A stretch of 21,033 nt of DNA from Escherichia coli (GTDB lineage Bacteria; Pseudomonadota; Gammaproteobacteria; Enterobacterales; Enterobacteriaceae). Positions within the stretch are counted from its first letter, which is position 1; every line of letters begins with the position of its first letter. A program made the translations under genes and the position numbers. Below are positions 18,721-21,033 of this stretch, in pieces. The notes below the pieces were generated by a model, which was given only the letters and a program-made list of their open reading frames with translations, did no database searches and was not told the origin of the DNA. The stretch is taken from the NCBI RefSeq assembly GCF_003334335.1, contig NZ_QOWQ01000051.1; one strand, given 5' to 3'.

Positions 18721-19708
18721 GAGCAACAGCTACCTGGAACAGGCGGCGATCCTGCTGCTGTGTCTGGGCGAAGAGGCGGCGGCGACGGTGATGCAAAAAC
18801 TCAGCCGCGAAGAAGTAGTGCGCCTGAGCGAAAACATGGCGCGGCTTTCCGGCGTCAAAACCAGCATGGCGCGCAAAGTGATCAATAACTTCTTTGATGA
18901 GTTCCGCGAACAGAGCGGGATCAACGGCGCATCGCGATCCATGTTGCAGGGTATTCTCAACAAAGCCCTCGGCACCGAGATCGCCAGCAGCGTGATCAAC
19001 GGCATCTACGGCGATGAGATCCGCTCGCGGATGGCGCGCCTGCAATGGGTGGAACCACGCCAGCTGGCGATGCTGATCTCCGAAGAGCATTTGCAATTAC
19101 AGGCGGTGTTCCTCGCGTTTCTGACGTCGGAAATCTCGGCGGCGGTGCTCTCGTATCTCAATGAATCGGTGCAAAACGAAATTCTCTATCGGGTGGCGAA
19201 ACTCAACGACGTTAACCGCGACGTGGTGGATGAACTGGACAGGCTGATCGAACGCGGCCTGTCGGTGCTCTCTGAACATGGCTCGAAGGTGAAAGGCATC
19301 AAACAGGCGGCGGATATCGTCAACCGCTTCCAGGGTAACCAGCAGGTGATCCTCGACCAGATGCGCGAGCGCGACGAAGAGGTGCTGGAGCAGCTCCAGG
19401 ATGAGATGTACGACTTCTTTATCCTCAGCCGCCAGAACGAAGAGGTACGTCGACGTCTGCTCGACGAAGTGCCGATGGAAGACTGGGCGGTGGCGCTGAA
19501 AGGCACCGAAGCCCTGTTGCGGCGCTCGATTTACGCGGTAATGCCAAAACGTCAGGTGCAACAACTGGAAGCGATCACCGCGCGCCTGGGGCCGGTGCCG
19601 GTCAGCCGTATCGAACAGATCCGCCGCGAAATCATGGGCATCGCCCGTGAACTGGAAGAGGCGGGCGAAATTCAGCTACAGCTCTTTGCGGAACAGACGG
19701 CGGAGTAA
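18698..19708 (+). CDS. lfiG: Flagellar rotor protein, FliG homolog (Flag-2 LfiG)
   Basis: 336 aa, alignable by eye to FliG throughout (ILLLCLGEEAAATVMQKLSREEV…; …EAGEIQL at the C-terminus). Overlaps the lfiF 3' end by 23 nt. Confidence 0.85.
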   Translation: MSELTTNKSNSYLEQAAILLLCLGEEAAATVMQKLSREEVVRLSENMARLSGVKTSMARKVINNFFDEFREQSGINGASRSMLQGILNKALGTEIASSVINGIYGDEIRSRMARLQWVEPRQLAMLISEEHLQLQAVFLAFLTSEISAAVLSYLNESVQNEILYRVAKLNDVNRDVVDELDRLIERGLSVLSEHGSKVKGIKQAADIVNRFQGNQQVILDQMRERDEEVLEQLQDEMYDFFILSRQNEEVRRRLLDEVPMEDWAVALKGTEALLRRSIYAVMPKRQVQQLEAITARLGPVPVSRIEQIRREIMGIARELEEAGEIQLQLFAEQTAE

Positions 19709-19711
19709 CCC

Positions 19712-20422
19712 ATGACCATTGAAACACTGCGCGGGCGCTATCGCCTGCACCGCTTCCCGCCGCGCCAGCGTGCGGTGACCGGAGAACCGCTCACCGCCAG
19801 CATTAGCGCCGCCGATTACCAGCGCCAGTTGATGGACGGTTTTCAGGAAGGGCTGCAAAAAGGTTTTGCTCAGGGAATGACCGAAGGTCAGGAGCAGGGC
19901 TTTAGCGAAGGTCATCAGCAAGGTTTTGCCGAGGGGCGACGCCAGGGCTACACCGAAGGCAGTCTCGCCGGGCAGCAGGAAGGGCGCAAACAGTTTGTTG
20001 AGGCGGCGCAGCCGCTGGAAGCCATCACCGGTAAAGTGAACGACTTTCTCGCCCATATCGAACGTAAACAGCGGGAAGATTTGCTGCAACTGGTGGAAAA
20101 GGTGACGCGGCAGGTGATCCGCTGCGAACTGGCGCTGCAACCGACGCAGTTGCTGGCGCTGGTGGAAGAGGCGCTGGCGGCCTTCCCGGCGATGCCGGAA
20201 ACCCTGCAAGTGATGCTGAGTACGGAAGAGTTTAACCGCCTGCGCGACGCGGTGCCGGAAAAGGTCAGCGAATGGGGGCTGACGCCTTCGCCGGATCTGC
20301 CACCGGGCGAATGCCGGGTGATCACCGACAAATCCGAACTGGATATCGGCTGCGAGCATCGCCTTGAACAATGCATGACCGCGCTGAAAGAAACACTCAC
20401 GCCGGAGTCGCAGGGTGAGTGA
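19712..20422 (+). CDS. lfiH: Flagellar export ATPase regulator, FliH homolog (Flag-2 LfiH)
   Basis: 236 aa, positioned between the FliG and FliI homologs, with an N-terminal run of GxxxG repeats typical of FliH/YscL proteins. Confidence 0.75.
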   Translation: MTIETLRGRYRLHRFPPRQRAVTGEPLTASISAADYQRQLMDGFQEGLQKGFAQGMTEGQEQGFSEGHQQGFAEGRRQGYTEGSLAGQQEGRKQFVEAAQPLEAITGKVNDFLAHIERKQREDLLQLVEKVTRQVIRCELALQPTQLLALVEEALAAFPAMPETLQVMLSTEEFNRLRDAVPEKVSEWGLTPSPDLPPGECRVITDKSELDIGCEHRLEQCMTALKETLTPESQGE

Positions 20423-20956
20423 TTTTTCTGCGTTCGATAACGCCCTGCGCTCGCTGGAGTCGATCCCGCTGGCCCGCGTCGCCGGGCGGCTGGTGCGCCT
20501 TAACGGCATCCTGCTGGAGAGTGTCGGCTGCCCGCTAATGACCGGGCAGCTGTGCCGCATCGAAAGTGCCAATCACACGCTGATCGACGCGCAGGCCGTG
20601 GGCTTTAATCGCGACATCACCTATTTAATGCCGTTTAAACAGCCGGTCGGCCTGATGGCAGGCGCACGCGTCTTCCCGGAAGAAAAAGCCCACGACATCC
20701 TGATAGGCGAAAGCTGGTTAGGCCGCGTGGTGAATGGCCTCGGCGAACCGCTGGATGGCAAAGGCCGCCTGAACGGCAACGACCTTCTGCCGCCGTTGCC
20801 GCCCTCGGTTAATCCCTTAACTCGTCGTTCGGTAGACGAACCGCTGGACGTGGGCGTGAAAGCGATCAACGGCCTGCTGACCATCGGCAAAGGCCAGCGC
20901 GTCGGACTAATGGCAGGCAGCGGCGTCGGGAAAAGCGTGCTGCTGGGGATGATCCC
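20415..20956 (+). pseudogene. lfiI: Flagellum-specific ATPase FliI homolog (Flag-2 LfiI), 5' fragment truncated by IS186
   Basis: GTG start overlapping lfiH by 8 nt. FliI-like N-terminal domain and Walker A GSGVGKSVLLGM are present, then the reading frame runs into IS186 terminal sequence at about 20957. Only about 180 of an expected roughly 440-450 codons are present. Confidence 0.8.
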
Positions 20957-21033
20957 CATAAGCGCTAACTTAAGGGTTGTGGTATTACGCCTGATATGAT
21001 TTAACGTGCCGATGAATTACTCTCACGATAACT
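20957..21033 (+). mobile_element. IS186 (IS4 family) left end with the start of its transposase; element continues beyond the window
   Basis: The terminal sequence cataagcgctaacttaagggttg… matches the IS186 inverted repeat as I remember it. An ATG at 21012 opens MNYSHDN…, the IS186 transposase N-terminus. The preceding host sequence GGGGATGATCCCC fits the IS186 G-run/C-run target preference. Confidence 0.8.

Noticed and set aside
19676-20572. 298-aa minus-strand ORF spanning lfiH and part of lfiI (also 19097..19564 and 18689..19096 antisense to lfiG)
   Set aside because: Same antisense artefact: R/Q/L/H-rich, no motifs, entirely overlapped by recognisable FliG/FliH/FliI homologs.
20415-20999. 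Track ORF 20415..20999 (194 aa) as an intact small protein
   Set aside because: Its last 14 or so residues (PISANLRVVVLRLI) are translated from the IS186 terminal repeat. It is an lfiI fragment read through into the insertion, not a native protein.

Overview
This window looks like an Escherichia coli-type chromosomal segment, identified from my recollection of the proteins and gene order; no database search was run. Positions 1-9100 carry a conserved core block in the same order as E. coli K-12: yafV (-), ivy (+), fadE (-), gmhA (+), yafJ (+), yafK (-), the yafQ-dinJ toxin-antitoxin pair (-) with a LexA box, yafL (+) and the REP-associated transposase rayT/yafM (+), with REP/BIME palindrome arrays at four sites. 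From 9111 to about 20956 the window contains the 5' half of a second flagellar system, the Flag-2 / lateral-flagella-like cluster: an lfhA-lfhB-lfiR-lfiQ-lfiP-lfiN-lfiM operon on the minus strand, divergent from lafK-lfiE-lfiF-lfiG-lfiH-lfiI on the plus strand. K-12 retains only a remnant of this cluster (fhiA), as far as I recall. The last gene, lfiI (FliI-like ATPase), is cut just after its Walker A motif by the left end of an IS186 element that runs off the window; the element's transposase begins MNYSHDN at 21012. I do not see a convincingly undescribed system: Flag-2 is described in the literature. The details most worth checking are a receiver-less sigma54 activator LafK, an LfiM that lacks the N-terminal CheY-binding peptide, a REP pair inside the divergent flagellar control region, a long GxxxG repeat in LfiH, and the IS186 disruption. 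All coordinates were derived by hand from the ORF track and sequence.
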